A DNA stretch of 64,000 nucleotides, taken from contig OZ271854.1 in assembly GCA_965601925.1 (NCBI GenBank), positions 2,240,001 through 2,304,000 on the forward strand. The letters run 5' to 3'. A model generated the notes under the pieces. It saw only the letters and a program-made list of their open reading frames with translations, was not told the DNA's origin and made no database searches. This DNA comes from Alkalispirochaeta sp. Lineage in GTDB: Bacteria; Spirochaetota; Spirochaetia; DSM-27196; Alkalispirochaetaceae. Shown piece by piece: positions 1-9,363 of the stretch; within the stretch, counting starts at the first letter, position 1; the number at the start of each line of letters is the position of its first letter. Made by a program: the position numbers and the translations under genes.

Positions 1-17
1 GAAGGTGACGGCATCCT

Positions 18-2915
18 CTAATCGTCGCCCATGGCGCGCCAACACTCTTCGGCGGTTATCGGGAGGCGCATGATTCGTACTCCTACAGCGTCCCGCACCG
101 CATTGGCGATCGCTGCGGGGGTCGCGGTAGTGGTCAACTCGCCTAACGCCTTTGCGCCCAAGGGGCCCGCATCGTCCGCTTCTTCAAAAAATACCGTTTC
201 CAGGCGGCCGACGTCTGCAATTGAAGGGACGCGATAGTCTCGAAATGCCGGGTTGGTCACCCGTCCCGACTCGTCGAGGACAAGATGTTCACTCAACGCG
301 TAGCCGATCGACTGTACCGTCGCGCCCTCCGCCTGCCCCCGGCAGACTCGCGGATTCAGAAGCGTTCCGCAGTCAATCGCCTGTACGATGTCGAGCACCT
401 CTACGCGACCCGTCGCCTCTTCGACGCGAACGCGCGCGCCTACCGCGGCAAAGCTCATCGATACGCGGTCGTGAGCAAAGCGGTCGACGGTGACGCTCAG
501 CTCCTCTTTGAACCGTCGCGCCCCCTCCACCAACTCCCCCGGGGTTAGAAGCGGCGTCGCATCCCGCGACCCCGAGGAGTCGATGACGCCCTGCATCGAC
601 AGCATCAGTGCGTCCGATGAGGTGCCCACCAACCGCGCCGCGACTGCGAGGATGCGCGACCGGAGGCGCGTTGCGGCGATGTATACCGCTTTGCCGGCGA
701 TATAGGCGGTCGCCGACGCGTACGCTCCCGAGTCCTCCGGGGCGTTGTGCGTGTCGCCGCTGGAGATATCGATCGTGCTGTACGGCAAACCGAGAACGTC
801 GGCGGCGATTTGAGCGAGGGTGGTATCGGACGCCGTACCGATATCCGCCGTCGCGGTGGAAAGCGATACTCCGCCGGCGGTGTAGGCAATCGTCGCTCCC
901 GAGATATGGATATTGGCGAGGCCGCTTCCGATGGTGGAGATTGCGAGACCCGAACCGCATCGCCAACCGTGGGATCTTTCTGCGTTTCGGGATCGGTCGG
1001 TATCGATCTCTGCGAGGCGGCCGGCGACGTGGTCAATGCATCGATCGAGAGCGTAAGAACCGATTTTGTGGTCGCGATCCTCTTGTTCTTCGAGGTGAAG
1101 CGGCGCGTCGGCACCTACCGCATTGCGACGGCGAAACTCCGCCGGATCGATAGCGAGGCGCCGTGCGAGCTCGTCCATGAGGGACTCCACTGCATATGCT
1201 GTTTGCGCCGCGCCGTAGCCGCGAAAAGCGCCGGCCGGCACCGTGTTGGTGTAGACCGCCCGACCGCGGGTGTGCTTGTTGGGACACACATAGAGGGCGA
1301 GCGCCTCGAAAGCGGCACACTCCAGCACATCGTAGGAGTGGTTTCCGTACGCACCCCCGTTCGCAATAAAGTCAAGGGAAAGCGCGGTAAGGCGTCCGTC
1401 GCGCGTCGCGCCGCCGCGGACGGTGATATGCATGGGGTGGCGCGTGTTGGTGGATGTAAACTCCTCGTGACGGTCGAACTCCCAGTGCACGGGACGCGCG
1501 AGGCGCAGCGCCGCAAAAGCCGCGATATCCTCGCACAGCACCTCTTGTTTGTTGCCGAAGCCGCCGCCTACCAACGGCTTGAAGAGGCGAATGCTCTCCT
1601 CCGGCCGATCCAATACGCGCGCGACGGTGCGCCGCGCGAGATGGGGAACTTGCGTGCTCGATCGTATGACGAGGGTGCCGTCGGCCTCGGCCCATGCGGT
1701 GGCCGCGTGCGGCTCCATGTGTGTATGTTGCTGCCGCGGCGTCCGCACGGTGAGCTCGACCACCTCAGCGGCTTCCTCATAGCCACGCTCTATCGAGCCC
1801 ACGCGGTGGTCGATCTCACCGATAAGGTTGCGGGTGCGGTCGGCTATCCGAAAGGACTCCTCCTCGGGATGAATCACCGGCGCGCCCTCCTCGAGAGCTT
1901 CGAGAGGATCAAAGACCGCCGGCAGCGCCTCGTAGTCGATCTCCACCAGCCGAGCGGCGCGACGCGCGATCATCGCGGACTCGGCCACCACAATCGCCGC
2001 TCGTTGCCCGACAAAGCGCATCGTATCGTCCAGGAGATAGGTGTCAAAGGCGTCGCGCGGCTCGGCGGGGTGGCACGCGGTCGTATAGGGGATACGGGGA
2101 ACGTGCTCGTGCCAAAACACGTCGAGTACTCCCGGGAGGGCGCGCGCCGCCTCCGCTCGCACGGCCGTGATGCGCGCGTGGGCGTAAGGCGAGCGCACGG
2201 CGCTGATGTACGCAGGCTCACCGGGCGTCGTCGAGAGAAAGTCGCCGGTGAAAGAGGGGGTTCCCGTCACTATGTCCCGACCGTGGCGATTGGGAAGAGA
2301 CATCCCAACACTGCCGGACGTCGCGTCCGACGCTCTCGTGACTCCGATTGCCGGCCGCGGCGTACCGGTTTCGACATCGACTACCTCTTCCACCCCGGCG
2401 AGCCCCGCCCGTTGATGCGTTACAATTGCATCGGCGCTGCGTTGTATCGACTGCCAGCCGGTGCAACGGCAGATGTTACCTTTGGTGCGCCACGCAATAT
2501 CGCGGTGTTCGCCGGCGTGCGGCGAAGCGAGGGTCATAATCATCCCGGCGGTGCAGTACCCGCACTGAAATCCCTCCTCGGCGAGGAACGCCGCCTGGAC
2601 GGGGTGTAGCGACGGTGGAGGCGTCGCATCGTTTCCGTGGTGCTCCGCGTGTCTCCCGTCGGCCGCGTTTCCCCGAGCGGCCCCCGCCAACCCTTCGATA
2701 GTGGTGATGCGACGGTCGCCGGCGCGCCATGCCGGAAGAATACACGATTGAACCGCCGCCCCGTCGAGCCACACGGTGCAGCACCCGCAGTCTCCCGCCT
2801 CGCAGCCGCGTTTCGGCCCCACGACGCCGGCGTCGCGTAGGGCGGTCAGAAGACTCGTTCCCGGTTCGTGGTCGAGGGTGCGTTCCGCGCCGTTGATCTG
2901 AAGGCGTGTCGTCAT
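18..2915 (-). CDS. Xanthine dehydrogenase-family protein, fused 2Fe-2S and molybdopterin-binding subunits
   Basis: N-terminal GCEAGDCGCC, FQCGYC and NICRC 2Fe-2S motifs; Moco-domain motifs GGGFGNKQ, AFRGYG and GAKALGE; ATGA overlap with the FAD subunit gene. Confidence 0.93.
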   Translation of the reverse strand: MTTRLQINGAERTLDHEPGTSLLTALRDAGVVGPKRGCEAGDCGCCTVWLDGAAVQSCILPAWRAGDRRITTIEGLAGAARGNAADGRHAEHHGNDATPPPSLHPVQAAFLAEEGFQCGYCTAGMIMTLASPHAGEHRDIAWRTKGNICRCTGWQSIQRSADAIVTHQRAGLAGVEEVVDVETGTPRPAIGVTRASDATSGSVGMSLPNRHGRDIVTGTPSFTGDFLSTTPGEPAYISAVRSPYAHARITAVRAEAARALPGVLDVFWHEHVPRIPYTTACHPAEPRDAFDTYLLDDTMRFVGQRAAIVVAESAMIARRAARLVEIDYEALPAVFDPLEALEEGAPVIHPEEESFRIADRTRNLIGEIDHRVGSIERGYEEAAEVVELTVRTPRQQHTHMEPHAATAWAEADGTLVIRSSTQVPHLARRTVARVLDRPEESIRLFKPLVGGGFGNKQEVLCEDIAAFAALRLARPVHWEFDRHEEFTSTNTRHPMHITVRGGATRDGRLTALSLDFIANGGAYGNHSYDVLECAAFEALALYVCPNKHTRGRAVYTNTVPAGAFRGYGAAQTAYAVESLMDELARRLAIDPAEFRRRNAVGADAPLHLEEQEDRDHKIGSYALDRCIDHVAGRLAEIDTDRSRNAERSHGWRCGSGLAISTIGSGLANIHISGATIAYTAGGVSLSTATADIGTASDTTLAQIAADVLGLPYSTIDISSGDTHNAPEDSGAYASATAYIAGKAVYIAATRLRSRILAVAARLVGTSSDALMLSMQGVIDSSGSRDATPLLTPGELVEGARRFKEELSVTVDRFAHDRVSMSFAAVGARVRVEEATGRVEVLDIVQAIDCGTLLNPRVCRGQAEGATVQSIGYALSEHLVLDESGRVTNPAFRDYRVPSIADVGRLETVFFEEADDAGPLGAKALGELTTTATPAAIANAVRDAVGVRIMRLPITAEECWRAMGDD

Positions 2916-3760
2916 CGTTTTCTCTCATCAAGGAGTCGATTCCAGGCTCGGACGGCCGCTACACGGACCATATGGTGCCGGTAGACGGCGCTCCCGTGGC
3001 CGTCGTCTAAAAGGGGATGGGCGGCACACACCGCATCGGCGGCCTGCCGTATTTCTTTGACGTCGCTCTCCGCCGCTAAAGAGCGACACACCGGGTATTC
3101 TATCGCCGCCGACACGACGATGCGCGGTGTATGCGTCCCGGCGGCGTTACGCCGGGCGTTCCCGCTCTTGCGGACGATAGCCATGGCCGTGGCGTGGCTC
3201 GTCGGGGTGTAGCTCATCTTTTCCAGAGCGTATCGATCCGCGAGAGCCTCCGCCGGTATGCGGATCGCCCGTAAGTACTCTCCGGGTTGCAGGATCGTCT
3301 TGCGAACGCCGACTTGAAAGGTTCCGGCGGGGACGATCCGTGTCGTCCCGCCCGGCCTCACCAACTCGTAGGTTGCACCGAGAATGCAACATACCGGTGC
3401 CATCATCGACTTCGCGTAGGCCAAACAGATGTTTCCGCCCACGGTAGCGACTTCCCACGTCTTGAAGCTCGAAGAGAGGGTATCGATGGCGCGCTCGAAG
3501 AGCGGCCCTGCACCTCCCAAGAGGTCCACGCGCTTCAAAAGCTCGCGGTACGTGCACGTCGCTGCGATCCGTATCCCCGTCTCGCTGCTCGAAAGCGGTT
3601 CCGCCTCGATCGCCGATAGGTCGATGAGGCGCGTTACACCGGGTTGTCTCTCCGAGAAGAGCCACGTCCCACCGGCAACGTAGGCGTCGCCCGCGCTCCA
3701 AGGGGGAATCTCAGTCTCGCTATCGGGCCTGACTATTGTCTGCACATCGATAAGATCCAC
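2912..3760 (-). CDS. Xanthine dehydrogenase-family FAD-binding subunit
   Basis: VAGGT and ATVGGNI motifs; GTG start preceded by AAGGA; coupled to the Moco subunit gene. Confidence 0.9.
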   Translation of the reverse strand: MDLIDVQTIVRPDSETEIPPWSAGDAYVAGGTWLFSERQPGVTRLIDLSAIEAEPLSSSETGIRIAATCTYRELLKRVDLLGGAGPLFERAIDTLSSSFKTWEVATVGGNICLAYAKSMMAPVCCILGATYELVRPGGTTRIVPAGTFQVGVRKTILQPGEYLRAIRIPAEALADRYALEKMSYTPTSHATAMAIVRKSGNARRNAAGTHTPRIVVSAAIEYPVCRSLAAESDVKEIRQAADAVCAAHPLLDDGHGSAVYRHHMVRVAAVRAWNRLLDERKR

Positions 3761-3790
3761 GGAACATCCTTCACCGTATATTTTTTACCT

Positions 3791-5164
3791 TCAGCCATTG
3801 ATCAGACGCACCGCGGCGCGGTTGTGTCGCGCCGTAAGCGCCGCGACGTCGACGTCTACCAGGGTGCCGCCGGCCACCCTTTGGACTCCGTTGATAACCG
3901 AGAACGAGGCTGCAGGAGCGTTGCAGAAGACGAGTGCGGCGACCGGGTCGTGAACCGCGCCGCCGGCGAAGGGGAGGGAGTCGAGGCGGAATCCCACGAG
4001 ATCGGCCGCCGCTCCGGCTTCCAACCGTCCGATGTCTTCGCGCCCCAACACCGACGCGCCGCCCCGTGTGGCGAACCACAACGCCCGGCGCGCCGTTACA
4101 TCCATCTCGCCGCCGAGCCGTTGCAGGAGCATCGCTTGGCGTACCTCGGCGATCATGTTCGATCCGTCGTTTGAGGCCGACCCGTCCACGCCGATGCCGA
4201 CGCGCATCCCCGCATTATGCATCGCCGTTACCGGCGCGATTCCCGATCCAAGTCGCATGTTGGAGCTGGGACAGTACGCCATTCCGCAGCGGCACGTTCC
4301 CATCCTATCGATCTCTTTCGGATGGGGGTGGACCATATGGGCGAACCAGACGTCCTCTCCCATCCACTCGACTTGCTCGGCAAACTCAACCGGCGTTGCA
4401 CCGACAGTTTGCCGGCAATACTCCTCCTCATCGCGCGTCTCCGCCAAATGAGTGTGAAGGTGGACGCCGTAGCTCCGGGCGAGGCGAGCGCTCTCTTTCA
4501 TGAGGGTCGAGGAGACCGAAAAGGGCGAGCACGGCGCAACGACGATCCGCGTCATGGCGTACTCCTCCGAATCGTGATACGCCTCGATCACCCGTCGCGT
4601 GTCGCGGAGAACAGCCTCTTCTTCCTCGACGACGCTATCGGGAGGCAGTCCACCCGCCGACTCGCCGACCGACATCGCACCTCGAGAACAGTGGAAGCGC
4701 AATCCCATCTCCTCGACGGCTTCGATCTCATCGTCGACGCGCGTTCCGGCGGGCCAGAGGTACGTGTGATCCGCGGCGCACGTACACCCCGAAAGCATGA
4801 GCTCGGCGGCGGCAATCTGTGAGGCGGTGTACAACGCTTCGCGGTCCATGCGCGCCCATACGGGGTAGTGCGTCACCAGCCAGTCGAACAGACGTGCGTC
4901 TTGCCCCGCCGGGATGTTCCGCGTGAGGGTCTGAAAAAAGTGGTGGTGCGTATTGACGAGCCCGGGAATAACCACGTGGCCGCGAGCATCTATCTCGCGG
5001 TCGGCCGTAATCCGGCGGCGAGTCATGAGCGTCTCGATTTCTGCGTGGGGACCGATTGCGAGTATTCGATTGCCATCAATCAGTACCGATCCGTTGTTAA
5101 TCTCGCGGCAATCGTCGTCGAATGTGGCCAGGACATCGGCCTGCCGCACCACGGTGTATTTCAT
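3791..5164 (-). CDS. 8-oxoguanine deaminase-like amidohydrolase (AtzB/GuaD group)
   Basis: PGLVNTHHHFFQTLTR, HTHLAET and GVDGSASND motifs; start placed at MKYTVVRQ, the longer ORF extension looks non-coding. Confidence 0.88.
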   Translation of the reverse strand: MKYTVVRQADVLATFDDDCREINNGSVLIDGNRILAIGPHAEIETLMTRRRITADREIDARGHVVIPGLVNTHHHFFQTLTRNIPAGQDARLFDWLVTHYPVWARMDREALYTASQIAAAELMLSGCTCAADHTYLWPAGTRVDDEIEAVEEMGLRFHCSRGAMSVGESAGGLPPDSVVEEEEAVLRDTRRVIEAYHDSEEYAMTRIVVAPCSPFSVSSTLMKESARLARSYGVHLHTHLAETRDEEEYCRQTVGATPVEFAEQVEWMGEDVWFAHMVHPHPKEIDRMGTCRCGMAYCPSSNMRLGSGIAPVTAMHNAGMRVGIGVDGSASNDGSNMIAEVRQAMLLQRLGGEMDVTARRALWFATRGGASVLGREDIGRLEAGAAADLVGFRLDSLPFAGGAVHDPVAALVFCNAPAASFSVINGVQRVAGGTLVDVDVAALTARHNRAAVRLING

Positions 5165-5333
5165 GGGAAAGAAAAATACATCGATGTGGGTGGTTTTTGC
5201 AAATACCACAGTATGGTAGCAATGACGAGGCTCCGAAAGAGGTATCCTCGACGGCAAGGGTGCTTCGATCATCGTGTTTGCCGTCGTCTTTGTTACCATC
5301 AAAGCGGTGTGTTGTTTGCTACGGTGGTACCGA

Positions 5334-5615
5334 ATGATGTTTTTATATCGTATTACTAGAGTTATGGTGGTGTGTCTCTTTTGTGTCGTAGGCGTATCGC
5401 TTTCCTCCTGCGTAACCGCGACGGAGCTCGCCCGGGCGTCGATAGACGATCGCGCGGATCTGCCGCCCTCCGAGAAGGAGCGTCTGGTCCGAGAGGCGGA
5501 ACGGCGGTTCTGGCTCGGCCTCTTGTTCGCCGGCGAAGAGCTTGACCGGCCGGTACCCCACGACGTCACCGCCGATCCGCGCTACATAGAAGCGATCGAC
5601 GCTGCCGGCCGGTAG
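5334..5615 (+). CDS. Small hypothetical lipoprotein
   Basis: Hydrophobic N-terminus ending in lipobox-like LSSC; fills an otherwise empty gap; start uncertain. Confidence 0.5.
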   Translation: MMFLYRITRVMVVCLFCVVGVSLSSCVTATELARASIDDRADLPPSEKERLVREAERRFWLGLLFAGEELDRPVPHDVTADPRYIEAIDAAGR

Positions 5616-5700
5616 AGCCGCTTCGGCCCCGACACGGTTCGGAAACCTACGGACCATCATTGCACGCCGCCTCTGTCCCGGACGGTGCCTCTTTTTTTCT

Positions 5701-5731
5701 TTGACTCTCCCCTAAGGGGAGGGATGAGACT
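5701..5731 (+). promoter_or_regulatory. MerR-type (BmrR-like) promoter/operator with 19-bp spacer
   Basis: TTGACT (5701-5706), perfect dyad CTCCCCT-A-AGGGGAG (5707-5721), weak -10 GAGACT at 19-bp spacing; MerR gene lies directly after the target gene. Confidence 0.7.
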
Positions 5732-5761
5732 CTCCTTACACGACGTGCGAGGAGGTTGATC

Positions 5762-6841
5762 ATGAACGACGTTGTTCGAGCCGCGACGCTTGCGGTGTTG
5801 TGCGCGGGGTTTTGGGCGTGCGGGGGAACCTATCGACCCGGCGACGTTGAAGATGCGGTCGGCGGCGCGCAACCGCCTCCGGCCGGCCCGCCCGTGGCCG
5901 AACGTGGTCGCTGGGCGATGAGCGACGGAGTGGAGCTCTACTACCAAACGCGCGGTCTCGGACGCAACGTGCTCGTGATTCACGGCGGCCCCGGCTATCC
6001 GTCGGCCGGTACGTGGCCCGCAGCCGACGCTCTCGGCGATCGATACCGCTTCGTCTATTATCATCAGCGCGGAAGCGGGCTGTCCGACCGACCCGTAGAC
6101 CGATTCGAGTCGCGGCGCTGGACGGAGAATCGAGATCTTCTTACCTCCGCCCTCGGTGTCGGGAGACAGCTTGCCGATATAGAGACGGTGCGTCGGATTC
6201 TCGGGGATGAGGCGCTCTTGATTGTCGGCCACTCCTACGGCGCCTTTTTGGCCGCGTTATACGCCGCTGAGTTTCTGAATCGCGTCGAGCGGCTCATACT
6301 GATTGCTCCGGCGCAGGTGCTCTTCATGCCCGTGGACGGCGGTGGTCTCTTCGGCGAAATCGAAGCGCGTCTTCCCGAGGACCGCCTTGCGGCGTACCGA
6401 GAGTGGATGGAGGAACTGTTCGATTACCGGAGCATATGGAGCAGAAGCGAGGCGGAGCTCGTCGCGTTGAGCAACGGAATCATGCCCTTCTTTGAGACGG
6501 CGCTCCGATCCTACCTCGCCGAAGTCGCCGAGGATCGGCCGGTGTGGGGTTGGAGCGCCACAAATGCGGCCGAGCTCACCGGAGGTTGGATCCAACACGG
6601 AATCTACCTCTCCCTCGGCCGCCGCTACGATATGCGTCCCTTTTTGAGTCGTATCACCGCGGAGACGACGATCTTTGTCGGCGACACCGATTTCTCGGGA
6701 GGTCCTGCGGCCATCGGCGACTACCTCGACGCCATACCGGGGGCGCGCATGACGGTGCTCCGAAATGCGGGACACTTTCCCCAGGGCGACGCCGGACGAT
6801 TTGCCGATTATCTGCAACGCGCCTTGGACGGCACGTTATAA
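5762..6841 (+). CDS. Alpha/beta hydrolase (proline iminopeptidase-like), probable lipoprotein
   Basis: GGAGG RBS; signal peptide ending FWAC; HGGPG, GHSYG nucleophile motif and C-terminal AGH. Confidence 0.88.
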   Translation: MNDVVRAATLAVLCAGFWACGGTYRPGDVEDAVGGAQPPPAGPPVAERGRWAMSDGVELYYQTRGLGRNVLVIHGGPGYPSAGTWPAADALGDRYRFVYYHQRGSGLSDRPVDRFESRRWTENRDLLTSALGVGRQLADIETVRRILGDEALLIVGHSYGAFLAALYAAEFLNRVERLILIAPAQVLFMPVDGGGLFGEIEARLPEDRLAAYREWMEELFDYRSIWSRSEAELVALSNGIMPFFETALRSYLAEVAEDRPVWGWSATNAAELTGGWIQHGIYLSLGRRYDMRPFLSRITAETTIFVGDTDFSGGPAAIGDYLDAIPGARMTVLRNAGHFPQGDAGRFADYLQRALDGTL

Positions 6842-6842
6842 T
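6812..6842 (+). promoter_or_regulatory. Possible second MerR-type promoter for a leaderless merR transcript
   Basis: CTGCAA-19 bp-TATAAT; imperfect dyad AACGCGCC/GGCACGTT (6816-6837); ATG 6 nt after the -10 box. Confidence 0.5.
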
Positions 6843-6848
6843 CGGCGT

Positions 6849-7760
6849 ATGGATCGTACGGAATATTCGATCGGCGAGTTCTCCGTCATCGCGCGCCTGA
6901 CCGTCAAGGCGATACGGTTCTATCACGAAAAAGGCATTCTTGTGCCCGCCAGAGTGGATGAGGCGACCGGTTATCGTTATTACGACGCCGCGTCGGTCGA
7001 GCGGGCGCGTATCGTCACCACGTTGCGAAGGTTGGAGTTTTCGGTCGAGGAGATCGCAAACATCGTGCGTGAGTGCCGGGAGGACGAGGACGCCGCAGTA
7101 TTTCTGCGTAGGAAGACCGAGGATATTCATCGCAAAATTCAGCATTTGCGAACGTTGGAACGCGATCTCACACAGATCCTCGCCTTCGTGGATGCACAGC
7201 ATGTAGGAGAGAAAATCATGAACATAGAGGAAAGGACGATACCGGCAATCAGTGCGGTTACCATACGCTACACCGGGAGATACGACCAGATCGGGCCGCG
7301 CATCGGGCTCCTGTTTCGGCTCTGCGGGAGGTGGGTGGCGGGGCGCGCCTTCGGTCTGTACTGGAATCTGGAGTATCGCGAAGGGGACGCCGACATCGAG
7401 GCGTGTCTTGCGTTGAAGGTAGGGAGCGAAGAGAACGCGACGCGATCGATGGAACGTTTTCTGAAAAAAAGCCTGGACGAGGCGGTCGAAGGCGGGTACA
7501 GCGGCGTTGCGCCGAGCGGCGACCGTCTCGCGGTTCGTACCATTCCCGCCGTCGACGTATTGGCGGCGGAACACATCGGCGGTTACGATACCCTCGGTGG
7601 GAGTTACCGCGAGATTCTCGATGAGCTCGCCGCTCGCGGGCTCACCCGCGCCCTACCGTCCCGGGAGGTCTACATCAAGGGACCGGGCATGATTTTCCGG
7701 GGCAATCCCGCGCGCTATCGTACCGAGATCCAGATGCCGATTTCGCGCGTCGGGGAGTAG
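6849..7760 (+). CDS. MerR-family regulator with C-terminal GyrI-like effector domain
   Basis: YSIGEFS...AIRFYHEKGILVPARVDEATGYRYY HTH; C-terminal HIGGYD and REVY...TEIQMP GyrI-like motifs. Confidence 0.92.
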   Translation: MDRTEYSIGEFSVIARLTVKAIRFYHEKGILVPARVDEATGYRYYDAASVERARIVTTLRRLEFSVEEIANIVRECREDEDAAVFLRRKTEDIHRKIQHLRTLERDLTQILAFVDAQHVGEKIMNIEERTIPAISAVTIRYTGRYDQIGPRIGLLFRLCGRWVAGRAFGLYWNLEYREGDADIEACLALKVGSEENATRSMERFLKKSLDEAVEGGYSGVAPSGDRLAVRTIPAVDVLAAEHIGGYDTLGGSYREILDELAARGLTRALPSREVYIKGPGMIFRGNPARYRTEIQMPISRVGE

Positions 7761-7952
7761 GAGCCGGGACGCGGGTCGTGATCTCACCGACGAGCGGGGG
7801 CCGATTCCACCGGAGTGAAGCGGCGCGTTTTCAGGGAGGCGCGTCCATAACCGAGCGCGTACGGCGCGGTCGATCGAGAGTGTTTGTGTGCCGAGCTCCG
7901 TAGAGGCGTCCTTCACTCGCCCATCGTCGCCAATCCCCGCTCCCGCAACGCC

Positions 7953-8486
7953 TCATTGGGCGGCGGAGAGAGCGATCAGCTTGCTTATCGTGTTGAGATT
8001 TCGAGTCGTTGTCGCGACTTTGAGCTTGCGTTCGAAGTAGTTGTTGTTGAACTTGGAGGCGCTGTGCTTGGTCGCGTAGAGCGTGTATATCGTATCGCGT
8101 ACGACTCGAACCCGGTCCGGTGAAAAGTCGGTAGACAGAAACCCTTCCAGTAGCTCTTTGTGTGGGTCGGCCGCCAACAACGAGAAGTACAGTCTCGGCC
8201 CGTCGAAGTTCGTGAACGGACACCGATTTAAAACGGTTGCGAGCTCTTGCGCCGTTCTGCCCAAGACGGCGATATCTCCGCCGAAGTCCCTGCGGATGAC
8301 GTCATGTACGAGCTTCTGGATTTCTCCGCGCGTACGATCTGACTTGGCTATTATGTTGCCGCTTTGAATGTACGTTTGTACCTCTGCCAACCCCGCCTCG
8401 GTGAGTGCTTCGCGAAGCGGCGCCATCGGTACTTTGTTTTTGCCGGTGGGAGTGATGCCTCGGAGAAATATGACAAACGTGTTCAT
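7953..8486 (-). CDS. DUF1697 family protein
   Basis: FLRGI, VQTYIQSGNI and TTRNLNT motifs; GGGAG RBS. Confidence 0.88.
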   Translation of the reverse strand: MNTFVIFLRGITPTGKNKVPMAPLREALTEAGLAEVQTYIQSGNIIAKSDRTRGEIQKLVHDVIRRDFGGDIAVLGRTAQELATVLNRCPFTNFDGPRLYFSLLAADPHKELLEGFLSTDFSPDRVRVVRDTIYTLYATKHSASKFNNNYFERKLKVATTTRNLNTISKLIALSAAQ

Positions 8487-8652
8487 GCGGTCGTCTCCCA
8501 CGCCTCTACTCCTCGTGTGATCTCCTCTGGGTTAGTATAGCACCGGGCGTACCGCATCGATAATGTGCGTCGTTGTCGGCAACGCTCTTCATATTGCCTA
8601 TCCGGGAAGTTACTGCGCACAATGTCCAATACGTACCGCGCAGGAGGCCTCC

Positions 8653-9240
8653 ATGCACGTATTTGTCCTCTTTGATCACCCCCACGAAAAGAGTTACTGC
8701 CACGCCCTCTTGGATGCGGCGATCGAGGGGCTCGGCGAGGCTGGCCACACGTATGATGTCGTGGATCTAAACCGGGACGATTTCGATCCGGTGATGCGCG
8801 TAGAGGACCTCAAGCACTACGGCGAAGGGCGCTCCTCGGATCCCAAGGTGGCCGACTACCAACGACGAATCGATGCGGCCGATCACCTGGTGATGATATT
8901 TCCGGTGTGGTGGGAGGTCATGCCGGCGCTCTCGAAGGGCTTTCTGGATAAGGTGCTCGTCCCCGGCTGGTCCTTCGAGGAGACCTCCGGCATCGTTCCC
9001 CGCGGGCTTCTCTCCCGCCTGTCAGCAACGGTAGTGACGACGATGGGATTCCCCACCTGGTATTATCGCCTCTTTTTCGGGAACGCCCTGAAGGGGGCGC
9101 TCCTCCAAGGAACGTTCGGTTTTGTCGGTATTCCGCGGCGTCGACGCACGTGGATCAACGTCGGTAACGTGGGACGTGTATCCGATACGACGCGAGCCCG
9201 CAAACTCGGGGTGGTACGGCGTCATTTTGCGCGCTTATGA
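8653..9240 (+). CDS. NAD(P)H-dependent flavodoxin-fold oxidoreductase (quinone reductase type)
   Basis: AGGAGG RBS; HP...S N-terminus and FPVWW..MPAL.KGFLDKV. Confidence 0.9.
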   Translation: MHVFVLFDHPHEKSYCHALLDAAIEGLGEAGHTYDVVDLNRDDFDPVMRVEDLKHYGEGRSSDPKVADYQRRIDAADHLVMIFPVWWEVMPALSKGFLDKVLVPGWSFEETSGIVPRGLLSRLSATVVTTMGFPTWYYRLFFGNALKGALLQGTFGFVGIPRRRRTWINVGNVGRVSDTTRARKLGVVRRHFARL

Positions 9241-9363
9241 GGTGGCCGCGAGACCTACGAGTTCGGGAGCGTTGCGTTCGGACTCGCGATGATCTCGTGC
9301 CGTCCTGCGGTATACGGGACGAGCTCGGAGCGGTTCATGCATGATGTCGTACCTGATGTGTTC

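Noticed and set aside
747..2609. 620-aa plus-strand ORF
   Set aside because: Antisense shadow of the Moco subunit gene in GC-rich DNA; no motifs.
5221..5300. Possible c-di-GMP-I, purine or xanthine riboswitch
   Set aside because: Only a GGCAAAC fragment matches; the other conserved elements are missing.
5165..5569. N-terminal extension of the deaminase ORF
   Set aside because: No family similarity and it overlaps the opposite-strand lipoprotein gene.
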